A DNA stretch of 64,000 nucleotides from an uncultured beta proteobacterium (GTDB lineage Bacteria; Pseudomonadota; Gammaproteobacteria; Burkholderiales; Burkholderiaceae_C): assembly GCA_963792765.1 (NCBI GenBank), contig CAWBXT010000002.1, forward strand, positions 66,833-130,832, written 5' to 3'. The first letter of the stretch is position 1. Each line of letters starts with the position of its first letter. Below, piece by piece: positions 1-7,986 of the stretch. The notes under the pieces are model-generated. The model was not told the DNA's origin. It saw only the letters and a list, made by a program, of their open reading frames with translations, and searched no databases. Both the position numbers and the translations under genes were made by a program.

Positions 1-371
1 AGCAGATCGTCGCCGCTGCCGCCGCCAGCGGTGCGCCGCGCGATCATCAGGTCGTCGACGAGGCCGCCTGCACTGTTGGTGAAGAAGGCGTAGCGCTGCT
101 TGTTCGCGCCGAGCCCGATCACATCGACCGGCACCAGAGTTTCGAGAGCGCGATCGGCGCCCTCGCCGGTGAGGCGCACCTGGCCCATGTGCGAGACATC
201 GAACAGCGCGGCCGCGCTGCGGCAGTGGTGATGCTCGGCGAGGATGCCGCCGGGGTAGGACACCGGCATGTCGTAGCCGGCGAACTCGACCATGCGGGCT
301 CCGAGTTCAAGGTGCAACGCGTGCAGCGGCGTGCGCTGCAGCTGGGTCGAAGAGGTGGAAGCGTCGTTCAT
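1..371 (-). CDS. gcvT: Glycine cleavage system T protein (aminomethyltransferase), N-terminal part; the gene runs off the left edge
   Basis: Own minus-strand translation from ATG 371-369: MNDASTSSTQLQRTPLHALHLELGARMVEFAGYDMPVSYPGGILAEHHHCRSAAALFDVSHMGQVRLTGEGADRALETLVPVDV..., a typical GcvT N-terminus. Absent from the ORF track because there is no stop in the window. Confidence 0.9.
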   Translation of the reverse strand, partial: MNDASTSSTQLQRTPLHALHLELGARMVEFAGYDMPVSYPGGILAEHHHCRSAAALFDVSHMGQVRLTGEGADRALETLVPVDVIGLGANKQRYAFFTNSAGGLVDDLMIARRTAGGGSGDDL

Positions 372-886
372 CGCGAACCTTTCGAGGGCGTGCCGATCAC
401 CGCACTGTAAGCCGATGAAGAAGCCCTCGCTGTCCGCTTTACCTGAGAGCGCGGAAGTGACTCGATTCCGCATCTGAAGAGCAAGCCAGCTTGGTTCTCG
501 GCGCATTGCGCCTGGGTGAGCCCGTGGAGACGGCGCAGGCCCGAGATCAACGACGGGCCGGGGGTTGCAAGGGGAAAGCTCATGTCATCGGCCTCGGGAG
601 GTAGATGACGGAATGCTAGCGGATGCCGGCACGTGGGCCAGGCGCTGGAGCATCGTCTCCCGTCGTCGGAGGCATCAGCAACGATCAAATGCGTGGCCGC
701 GAATCAGTTTGGATTGGTATACGCCGACTTCACCGTCGTGAAGAACTCCTGCGCGTAGCGGCCCTGTTCCCTCGAACCATAGGGGCCCGTCTGTCGAGGC
801 TCCGAATGCGGTTCTTGTGATCGATGGTGTCCGCCGAGCGCCGATGAACCCGGCCGCACGCGCCGATTGGGGACAAGTGCCGCGAT

Positions 887-1684
887 TTATTCCGAACCCA
901 TGAAGAGTTCCAAGCCGGCCAACCCGCGGCCCGCGCGATTCTCGCGCCCTGTAGCGCCTTCGACGATTCGGTTCAACGCAAAGCGGTCAAGCAATTTCAC
1001 GGCGCGCCCATCAATCTGCATCAGACCCTCACGCTGAAGTCGCGAGAACAGACGACTCACGGTTTCCAATGACAGACCCAAGTAGCTTCCGATTTCCTCG
1101 CGCGTCATCCTCAGCACGAACTCGCACGACGAGTAGCCGCGCGCGTGATACCGCTGCGACAGTTCGAGCAGAAACACAGCGAGGCGCTGGTCCGCGCTCA
1201 TTGTTCCCAACAGGAACATCAGCTTCCGTGCCTCTGCGAACCGGTGCGCCAGCAAGCGATGAAGATTGTGCTGGAAAGCGACATTGCGACGGGCGAGACT
1301 TTCGATTTCGTCGAATGGCATCTGGCAAACTTCCGTGTCTTCCAGCACCGTCGCCTGACATTCGTACGTGCCGGCATTGATTCCATCCAAACCGATGATC
1401 TCGCCAGTCGTGTAGAAGCCGGCTACCTGCTCTCTTCCGTCGCCCGCGAGCATCAGGGTCTTGCACCACCCTGTTCTGATGGCATAGAGAGCGTTGAACC
1501 GACCCCCGGCTCGGTAGAGCACCTCGCCCCTTCGCAGGCGGATTCGCTTGGTCAAGAGTTGTTCGACATGCGCGCTCGCGTCTTGGTCGAGTCCCTCGAA
1601 CAGGCAAAAGTCCGACACCTTCAAGGGCGAGCACTGCGCCGCGCCACCCGAGACCGCATGTAGCGTCGTCCTGACGAAACGCAT
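887..1684 (-). CDS. Crp/Fnr-family transcriptional regulator (FNR-like)
   Basis: 265 aa. cNMP-binding-like core (RRGEVLYRAGGRFNALYAIRTG) and a C-terminal HTH with the FNR-type recognition motif (LSLETVSRLF). Aligns along its full length with E. coli FNR from memory. Confidence 0.9.
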   Translation of the reverse strand: MRFVRTTLHAVSGGAAQCSPLKVSDFCLFEGLDQDASAHVEQLLTKRIRLRRGEVLYRAGGRFNALYAIRTGWCKTLMLAGDGREQVAGFYTTGEIIGLDGINAGTYECQATVLEDTEVCQMPFDEIESLARRNVAFQHNLHRLLAHRFAEARKLMFLLGTMSADQRLAVFLLELSQRYHARGYSSCEFVLRMTREEIGSYLGLSLETVSRLFSRLQREGLMQIDGRAVKLLDRFALNRIVEGATGRENRAGRGLAGLELFMGSE

Positions 1685-1933
1685 CGGTCAACGCAGCTTG
1701 CTTCGGATTCTTGAACTCGCGTTCTCGATCAATTGCCCGCCGCGTGAGTCGCGCAATCGCTTCTGTGAGGATGGCGTCGTGGCTTGAAGTGCCGACGCGA
1801 GGTTCGGTCGTCATTGTCTTCCTTGCGGCGCTGCCGTGACGGCCGCGGCGGAATCGCCGCGTCTTCCGAACGAATGGTGTCGGGCCAACCAAACGGTGTC
1901 TGTTCGATACTGCACACAAGGACTATGGCCCCC

Positions 1934-2608
1934 CTAGGACCTGAGATGGCCGGCGGCGCCAAGGATGACCACAAGCCCCAGCCCCGCAAGCACCACCGTA
2001 AGCATGTGCGCGTCGTAGCGCACCAGAAGGCCCCGCATACTGTTCAGTGGCGACCTCACCCTGTCACCGAACGTCAACCAGAGCAACAGGGGGGCTGCGA
2101 TCCCCAGGCCTGACACGACAGTGAAGACGAACAGCGCAAGGGCTTGAGCCACTGGCGCCGGAGTGGCAGCGGCGATGGCCAGCCCCCCCGATGCCACCAG
2201 CACGGCATTCTTGGGGTTCAGCACCACGAGAACGAAGCCCAGCCCCGCCGCACCCGGCGAAGTCAGCGTGTCCAGCACCTTCACCCAGCCGGGCGGGGCG
2301 GGTTCCTCCCCATGTTTGGGCCTGCCCCGCCACTTGCGCCATGCCAGTCCCAGCAGAACGCTGCCCAGAAGAACACGCAACCAGGCCATGCCGCGCGACA
2401 TGTCACCGGCGGCAAAGACGAAGAGATCGGCGGTCAATATGATGGCCCCCGCAAGGACTACGAAGCCACCGGCATAGCCTGCCAGAAACCAGCTCAGGAC
2501 CCGGATCGCGCCGCGGGACAACAGCGTCAGCGGCACGGCCATCAGCGGCAAAGTGGCCAGAACAATGCCAAAGGCGATGGGCAGCGATTCGGGAATTGCC
2601 TGAAACAT
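1934..2608 (-). CDS. Multi-pass membrane protein (GAP / LysE-like family)
   Basis: 224 aa, about 6 hydrophobic helices. AGGAG-type SD lies 5 nt upstream of ATG 2608. Confidence 0.75.
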   Translation of the reverse strand: MFQAIPESLPIAFGIVLATLPLMAVPLTLLSRGAIRVLSWFLAGYAGGFVVLAGAIILTADLFVFAAGDMSRGMAWLRVLLGSVLLGLAWRKWRGRPKHGEEPAPPGWVKVLDTLTSPGAAGLGFVLVVLNPKNAVLVASGGLAIAAATPAPVAQALALFVFTVVSGLGIAAPLLLWLTFGDRVRSPLNSMRGLLVRYDAHMLTVVLAGLGLVVILGAAGHLRS

Positions 2609-3283
2609 TGGACTCCTGAAGCACGCGGTCGCAGTTGGATTGCCGACCTGACGCGCACGGTGAGTCGGTGAGCTTGCCAGTCTCGATGCGGAATGGAAGG
2701 ATTCTCTCGCGCGGAGACAACAATGAGCCGCTGGTGAATTCGGAACGGGTGCAGGGTGCGCTGAAGGCGCGGTTCAAACCCAGGCGATTTCGCTGTAGAT
2801 CATGTCTTGACCGATCAGACAGCTCGAGGCCGCACAGGGTTGCTGGCTCGACCCGCGGTCGCGGATCACGAGCGTCGGCTTGCCCTTGTTCCGGGGCGTG
2901 GCAGCGCGGTGATGGCCTGGTAGGTCGTGACCGCTTCAACTAGGCGGCGGCTTGCGGGCGCCGAGATCGGCGGGTCAGCTGGCGCGACCCGACCCTCTCC
3001 AGACATTCGATGCAATGAATTGTTGCGCGCAAAGCGGCCGTTCGCGAAATCGCCGCCGGCCGCGGTGGCATGAAGTCTAGCGGTGACATCACCAGGTGCG
3101 TCGGCCAGGGCTTCTTCGACTTGAGACCCACCTCGCCCGCCTCGTTGCATTGCGCCCGCTCGATTGCCAACGCCGCAGCGCATAGCGTTTGCGCGAGATC
3201 GGCGCCTCGCATCATCGCGTTCTGCACCGTCAGCACCCTCTGGCCGGCACGCGAGCCATTGGCGACCTGAAGGAGGCCGGTAG

Positions 3284-3790
3284 CCGGCGCGGTGGGATCG
3301 GCAGCCGTGGTCGACCATCAGCAACCTCGATCCGGTTATCACGCTGCTGCAGCGCTCGGGCGACCTGAAGGGCATCTCCGACCCGCGCAAGTTTGCGGAG
3401 TCCGAGAAGGTCTTCGGCGGTCCGATGCCCGCCGGTTGCCTGTATGAGGCGCAAACCTTCATCGACAAGCACCCGGAGACGATCCAGGCGCTCGCAAACG
3501 CAATCGTGCGCGCCACCAAGTGGATCCAGGCCGCCGGCGCATCCGACGTCGTGAAGGCCGTGCCCGAAAGCCATCTGCTCCGCGATCGCGCGGTCTACAT
3601 CGACGCCTTCCTCGCCAGCAAGGACGCGCTCTCTCCAGATGGCGTGATCCCCCAAGCCGGCCCGCCGACCGCGCTGCGCGCGCTACATCGGACCGTCCCT
3701 TGCCCGCCCTCGTCGACAAATAGCGCGCTCCGAGACACTGTTTTCCGGGTTCGTCATCGGGCTGTTGGCGCGCCCGCGCCGCATGCCTAG
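3284..3790 (+). pseudogene. 3' fragment of an ABC-transporter substrate-binding protein gene (NitT/TauT, NMT1-like); N-terminal two thirds missing
   Basis: The frame opens right after TAG at 3281. It reads ...STISNLDPVITLLQRSGDLKGISDPRKFAESEKVFGGPMPAGCLYEAQTFIDKHPETIQALANAIVRATKWIQAAGASDVVKAVPESHLLRDRAVYIDAFLASKDALSPDGVIP. No signal peptide or N-terminal lobe is found upstream in any frame. The C-terminal end may also be frame-disturbed. Confidence 0.5.
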
Positions 3791-4343
3791 GCTTGCTCCC
3801 ATTCGAGTCCCCCGCGTCTATCTCTGCACCACCGCAGAGGTGGCACCCACGGGTCAACTTCATCGGGAGTGCAGCATGACATCCAATCGACATCAACACG
3901 ACTTCTTGCACGATCGGGCGCGTCGCGCCGGCCTCGGGCTTGCTGGCCTGGCTATCGGACTCGCATGGTGCGCTGCCGTGCTGGCCCTGTTCGCCCAAGC
4001 GTCGCCGTCACACTGGTTGCGATCAGCCCGGAGGCGATCGCTGCGGTCGAGGCTTGCCGACAACACGCGCCACGTGCAGCGGGCGATGCCTGCGTGCGCG
4101 AGCTCGTGCCGCAATGGCAGGCGGCCGAACGGCGCAAGACCATGCTGGCATCCAAGCGCTGAGTGGGGGCGGTGCCCAAGCCGGCCCAGGGCCGACAGCG
4201 CTTCGTCCGCCACGATTCGAGTTCATCCCGCCGATTCCCGTGTTCATCGCAACATGCAGCGTGCGGCGATCTCTCGCCGCAGACTGCTCCACACGGCGAA
4301 GGCGAATGGTTCGCTTGGCGCCGAAACCCAAGGAGGCCAAACA

Positions 4344-5630
4344 ATGCAACACTCGCAACGTATGCCACTCAACCTCGCCGCGATTGCCTGCAGTCTTGCG
4401 CTGGGCGCGTGCGGCGGCGACGACGACGTACCGGTGACGATCGCCGTCGTCGGCCCCAACGCCGTCTCCGCATGGAACGAGATTGCCACGACAACCATCA
4501 CCGCCCCGCCATCGGCGCCCGGCGTCGGGACGCCTGAGGAACAGCGGCCCAATTACGCAGTCGATCTAGCCGCCGTGCACGTCGCGGTGTACGACGCCGT
4601 CATCGCCATCGCCGGCACCCACAAGCCCTACGCCGTGACCCCCAAGGCGCGGACCGACGGCGCTTCGCAGGAGGCGGCGACGGCGGCGGCGGCCTACGGT
4701 GTGCTGCGCGCGCTGTTTCCCAACCGAGCCGCGCAGTACCAGGCTGCCTACGATGCCTACGTCGCGGCGCTGCCCAACGACAAGGCGCGCGCGCGCGGCC
4801 TCGCCGTCGGCGCCGAAGTGGCGGCCGGCATCGTCGCGCTGCGTGCCAACGACGGCCGCTCGGTTGTCCTGGCGCCCTACGTGGCCGGCAGCGCGCCCGG
4901 CCAGTTCCGCGGCATGGATCCGATCGGGCGCCCCTATTCGCACATCAAGCCGTTCGTGCTGACCTCGAACGCACAGTTCCGCGCGCCCGGCCCGCCCGCG
5001 CTCGCCAGCGCCGCCTACGCGACCGACGTCAATGAAACAGCGGCCCTCGGCTCGGCAACCAGCGCCACGCGCACCGCCGATCAGACCGAGGCTGCGAAAT
5101 TCAACACGATGCCGCCGCCGTTCTTCTGGACCACCAACCTGCGTCCGTTTGCGATGACGAGCCGTAGCCTGGCCGAACAAGCGCGCCTGATGGCGTTGCT
5201 CTGGGTGACCCATGCGGACGCCACCAATGCCTGCTTCGAATCGAAGTACCACTTCGATGCCTGGCGCCCGTCAAGCGCGATCACGCTCGCCGACACTGAC
5301 GGCAACCCCGCCACCACCGCGGATGCAGCATGGACCCCGGTCGTGCCGACGCCCAACCACCCCGAATACCCGGCGGCGCACAGTTGCGTCACCGGTGCCA
5401 CGATCGCGGTGCTGCGCGCGTACTACGGCACGCCCAACGTCAACTTCAGCGTCAGCAGCAGCGTCACCGGCACCACACGCACCTTCACCACGCTCGCCGC
5501 CTGGGAAGACGAAGTGCAGATCGCCCGCATCGCCGGCGGCATGCACTTTCGCACCTCGACAGTGGACGGCGCGGCGCTCGGCAAGAGCGTCGGCGAGTGG
5601 GTCGTCATGCACGCGTTTGCGCCGAAATAG
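4344..5630 (+). CDS. PAP2 / vanadium-haloperoxidase-like lipoprotein
   Basis: AAGGAGG SD precedes ATG 4344. Lipoprotein signal MQHSQRMPLNLAAIACSLALGAC. PAP2-type motifs are present: KYHFDAWRP, EYPAAHS, ARIAGGMHFRTS. Confidence 0.85.
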   Translation: MQHSQRMPLNLAAIACSLALGACGGDDDVPVTIAVVGPNAVSAWNEIATTTITAPPSAPGVGTPEEQRPNYAVDLAAVHVAVYDAVIAIAGTHKPYAVTPKARTDGASQEAATAAAAYGVLRALFPNRAAQYQAAYDAYVAALPNDKARARGLAVGAEVAAGIVALRANDGRSVVLAPYVAGSAPGQFRGMDPIGRPYSHIKPFVLTSNAQFRAPGPPALASAAYATDVNETAALGSATSATRTADQTEAAKFNTMPPPFFWTTNLRPFAMTSRSLAEQARLMALLWVTHADATNACFESKYHFDAWRPSSAITLADTDGNPATTADAAWTPVVPTPNHPEYPAAHSCVTGATIAVLRAYYGTPNVNFSVSSSVTGTTRTFTTLAAWEDEVQIARIAGGMHFRTSTVDGAALGKSVGEWVVMHAFAPK

Positions 5631-5643
5631 CCCGTCAGCGATA

Positions 5644-5672
5644 CCCGGGGCCGGCAACCCGCCGGGCCCGGG
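5644..5672. terminator. GC-rich hairpin between convergent genes (possible bidirectional terminator)
   Basis: CCCGGGGCCGGC-aaccc-GCCGGGCCCGGG, 11 of 12 positions pair. It lies between the stops at 5630 and 5675. There is no clear U-tract. Confidence 0.4.
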
Positions 5673-5674
5673 CG

Positions 5675-6424
5675 TCACATCTGGCGGAACAGGTGCGCGT
5701 GCGCCTCGCTCACCACCAGCTTCTCGTCCCGTGCCTTCAGCTTCACGAGGATACGCCCGCGAAAGTCGCGCGTGACGCCGGCAATTGCGTTTGCATTGAC
5801 GATGGTCGAGCGGTGGATCGGCCAGAAGCAGGCCGGATCGAGTTCCTCCTGAAGCTCCTTCAACGGGCGGCGTATCAACGCGTCGTTCTGCGCGGTGACA
5901 ACGCGCGTGTACTTGGTGTCGGACTGAAAGTACAACACCTCGTCGACCGTGATCAAGCTCACGTCCTGCCCCTTGGATGCGTTGATCCAGCGCAGGTGTT
6001 TGCGCGTCGGGACGGCGCTCGCCAGCTCGCGTAGCAGACTGTCCAGTGGCGCCGGGGCACTGCCAACACGCTGGCGGAGCCTGCCCACGGCCAGCGCGAG
6101 CCGCTCGACCGTGTAGGGCTTCAGCACATAGTCGACCGCACCTTGCTCGAACGCCGCCACTGCGTGCGCGTTATAGGCGGTGACGAACACCACATGGCAG
6201 CGCGCAGCCACCTGTCGCGCCACCTCCAGGCCGGTGAGGCCGGGCATCTCGATGTCGAGAAAGATGATGTCTGGCGCCAGGCTGTCGAGCAACTGCAGCG
6301 CCTCGAAGCCGTTGCTCGCCTCGCCGATGATGCGCAGTTCGGGCCAGAGCGAACCGAGGTGCGCTCGCAGCTCACCGCGCAACACGGCCTCGTCTTCGGC
6401 GATCAGGGCGGTCGCTTGGGTCAT
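5675..6424 (-). CDS. LytR/AlgR-family response regulator (REC + LytTR DNA-binding domain)
   Basis: 249 aa. REC domain (LIAEDEAVLR...IIFLDIEMPGLTGLEVA...VDYVLKP) plus a LytTR domain (ITVDEVLYFQSDTKYTRVV...IHRSTIVN). Confidence 0.92.
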   Translation of the reverse strand: MTQATALIAEDEAVLRGELRAHLGSLWPELRIIGEASNGFEALQLLDSLAPDIIFLDIEMPGLTGLEVARQVAARCHVVFVTAYNAHAVAAFEQGAVDYVLKPYTVERLALAVGRLRQRVGSAPAPLDSLLRELASAVPTRKHLRWINASKGQDVSLITVDEVLYFQSDTKYTRVVTAQNDALIRRPLKELQEELDPACFWPIHRSTIVNANAIAGVTRDFRGRILVKLKARDEKLVVSEAHAHLFRQM

Positions 6425-6437
6425 GGCTTGCGCTCCC

Positions 6438-6863
6438 TCAGGCTTTGCCCGCGGTTGCGGGTTTGAGCTCGATCAGCAGCGCGCGCATGTCCTTGCCGGA
6501 AATGTTCTCCACTTCGTGTGTCTCCGCTTCGCTCCAGAACACATCGCCGATCTGGTTCTCGCCTCCGAAGGTTTTTCCCTCGGGAGTTCTGCCACTGACT
6601 CTTCCCGGGGTGAGCAGCACGGTGAGATGAGCCGGGTGCGAATGCATGCCGTTGCCGCACACCCCCATGCCGGGTCGGCTGTTGAACTCGAGCACACGCA
6701 GCTTGTCGTTCTCGAACGCCACCTTGTAGGCGCGCGGCTGCACCGCAGCCGCATCCTGCGCCTGCACTGCGTCCGTCGCCACCAGCGTGGACAGCAACGC
6801 GAGCAGGGCGAGCCGCCGGTCGCCATCGTCGAGGCCGGCGCAGGAGTTCGGGTTGTCATTCAT
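6438..6863 (-). CDS. Exported cupin-domain protein
   Basis: 141 aa. N-terminal signal-like segment RRLALLALLSTLVATDAVQAQD, then cupin-like beta-strand sequence with His residues (GNGMHSHPAHLTVLL...THEVEN). Its start overlaps the upstream gene's stop by 8 nt. Confidence 0.8.
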   Translation of the reverse strand: MNDNPNSCAGLDDGDRRLALLALLSTLVATDAVQAQDAAAVQPRAYKVAFENDKLRVLEFNSRPGMGVCGNGMHSHPAHLTVLLTPGRVSGRTPEGKTFGGENQIGDVFWSEAETHEVENISGKDMRALLIELKPATAGKA

Positions 6864-7986
6864 GGTTCATCTCCTTTGTTGAAGGGTCAAACGGCGGGGG
6901 AAGCGAAGCTGGCCGCGGCAACGCGCCGATCGGCAGCGCCAGCTCGAAGGCGGGATGCGCCGTGCCGGCATGCACGGCCAGGGTCCAGTCAGCGCCAAAC
7001 AGCTCATGGAGCCCGATCCGCAGCCGGTACGCGAGCTCGGGCGCGAGCCATGGCCCCGGGGCCAGGCCGACGCGGCCCATGCTCAGACGGCATGTCGTGA
7101 CGCCCCGCCGAACCCGCAAGGTAGCTCGCGAACCAGCAGGCGCGGTGGACGAAAGGCAATCCATCACCGGCAGCAACATCAGCGAGGGAAAGGGCAGCTC
7201 GGGCAAGCGCTCCGGAACATCGAACTCCCAGGCAATCCGATTCGGCTCCAACTCGGCTAAAACGGTGGCATACAGCACGGCCAGTTCCACTTCGTCTTGC
7301 AGCGTAGATGCGCGGCCGCGTACGCCGGGCATGGCGGCGCGCAGAAAGCCCACCAGCGGGTCGAGTAACCGGTCGACGCCAGCGCGGTCGCTAACGTAGC
7401 GGCGCTCGACCTCAGTCATCACCCGCAGCAGGAACGCCGGATCGACCTGACCCTCGAGGGAACGCAGGCTCTCGACGCTGAGCGCCGCCTGGGTCCGCTG
7501 ACGTTCGATCTCGGCCCGAGCGAGCAGCGTGCGCGTGCGTTCGGAGCGCGCGTTCAGGCGATAGGCCGCAACATACAGTCCGCCGTAGAACATCGCGCCC
7601 CAAAAGACGTGGACGCTCTGGCCTTGGAGCCAGGTCTCCGGGCGCCAGGCCGGCACGGCGATCCACCAGGCCGCGCTGGCAAGCGCCGCAAAGGCGACCA
7701 GGAACAGGGCGACATTGCTCCCGACCAAACGGCGCTCCAGCAGCGTCGCCGCGGCGACGAGTACAACGCCCGTCACGCACCACTGCAGAAGAACCAGCGT
7801 CAGGAAACCCTGCAGTTCGACAGCAGGAATCTCGCTCAACGGCAGCGCAAACGACTCCATCGCCCCGGCCGCAACGCCCCACAGCACACCGTGACCGAGC
7901 ACGCGGCGCCAGCGCAGGCCGCGCTGTGTCGACCGCGCCGACGGCGATTGCGCTACCGCTTGGCCCAGCATCGGCACCGCGTTCAT
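6856..7986 (-). CDS. LytS/YehU-type histidine-kinase paralogue, apparently catalytically dead (no phospho-acceptor His, no N/G boxes)
   Basis: 376 aa with the same 4-TM plus coiled-coil plus kinase-like layout as the upstream kinase. It has LEGQVDPAFLLRVM where the partner has LRSQIEPHFLFNTL, and LPVMDCLSS where the partner has LVENAVKHG. Shares a 4-nt ATGA overlap with the upstream gene. Confidence 0.75.
   Translation of the reverse strand: MNAVPMLGQAVAQSPSARSTQRGLRWRRVLGHGVLWGVAAGAMESFALPLSEIPAVELQGFLTLVLLQWCVTGVVLVAAATLLERRLVGSNVALFLVAFAALASAAWWIAVPAWRPETWLQGQSVHVFWGAMFYGGLYVAAYRLNARSERTRTLLARAEIERQRTQAALSVESLRSLEGQVDPAFLLRVMTEVERRYVSDRAGVDRLLDPLVGFLRAAMPGVRGRASTLQDEVELAVLYATVLAELEPNRIAWEFDVPERLPELPFPSLMLLPVMDCLSSTAPAGSRATLRVRRGVTTCRLSMGRVGLAPGPWLAPELAYRLRIGLHELFGADWTLAVHAGTAHPAFELALPIGALPRPASLPPPFDPSTKEMNHE

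Noticed and set aside
704-840. Short minus-strand reading frame ending ...QTGPYGSREQGRYAQEFFTTVKSAYTNPN*. It is vaguely reminiscent of the C-terminal end of an aldehyde-dehydrogenase-type enzyme, so possibly a gene remnant.
   Set aside because: It is only about 45 codons, the upstream part (LGGHHRSQEPHSEPR) is not protein-like, and the resemblance is from memory only. That is too weak to call.
1029-1919. ORF with a good SD (AAGGAAG) and ATG at 1814, reading MTTEPRVGTSSHDAILTEAIARLTRRAIDREREFKNPKQ..., upstream of and overlapping the Crp/Fnr gene.
   Set aside because: After about 45 plausible residues it runs out of frame through the entire Crp/Fnr gene as Arg/Gly-rich nonsense until 1029. The Crp/Fnr N-terminus from ATG 1684 already aligns with the FNR N-terminus. 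I cannot support a separate gene without homology evidence.
2940-3283. Minus-strand ORF (about 114 codons open; the 98-aa track ORF uses GTG 3236) reading ...GLLQVANGSRAGQRVLTVQNAMMRGADLAQTLCAAALAIERAQCNEAGEVGLKSKKPWPTHLVMSPLD....
   Set aside because: The first half looks faintly protein-like, but I recognise no family, there is no SD or start context, and the C-terminal part is Arg/Ala-rich. It is left as part of the unexplained region 2609-4343.
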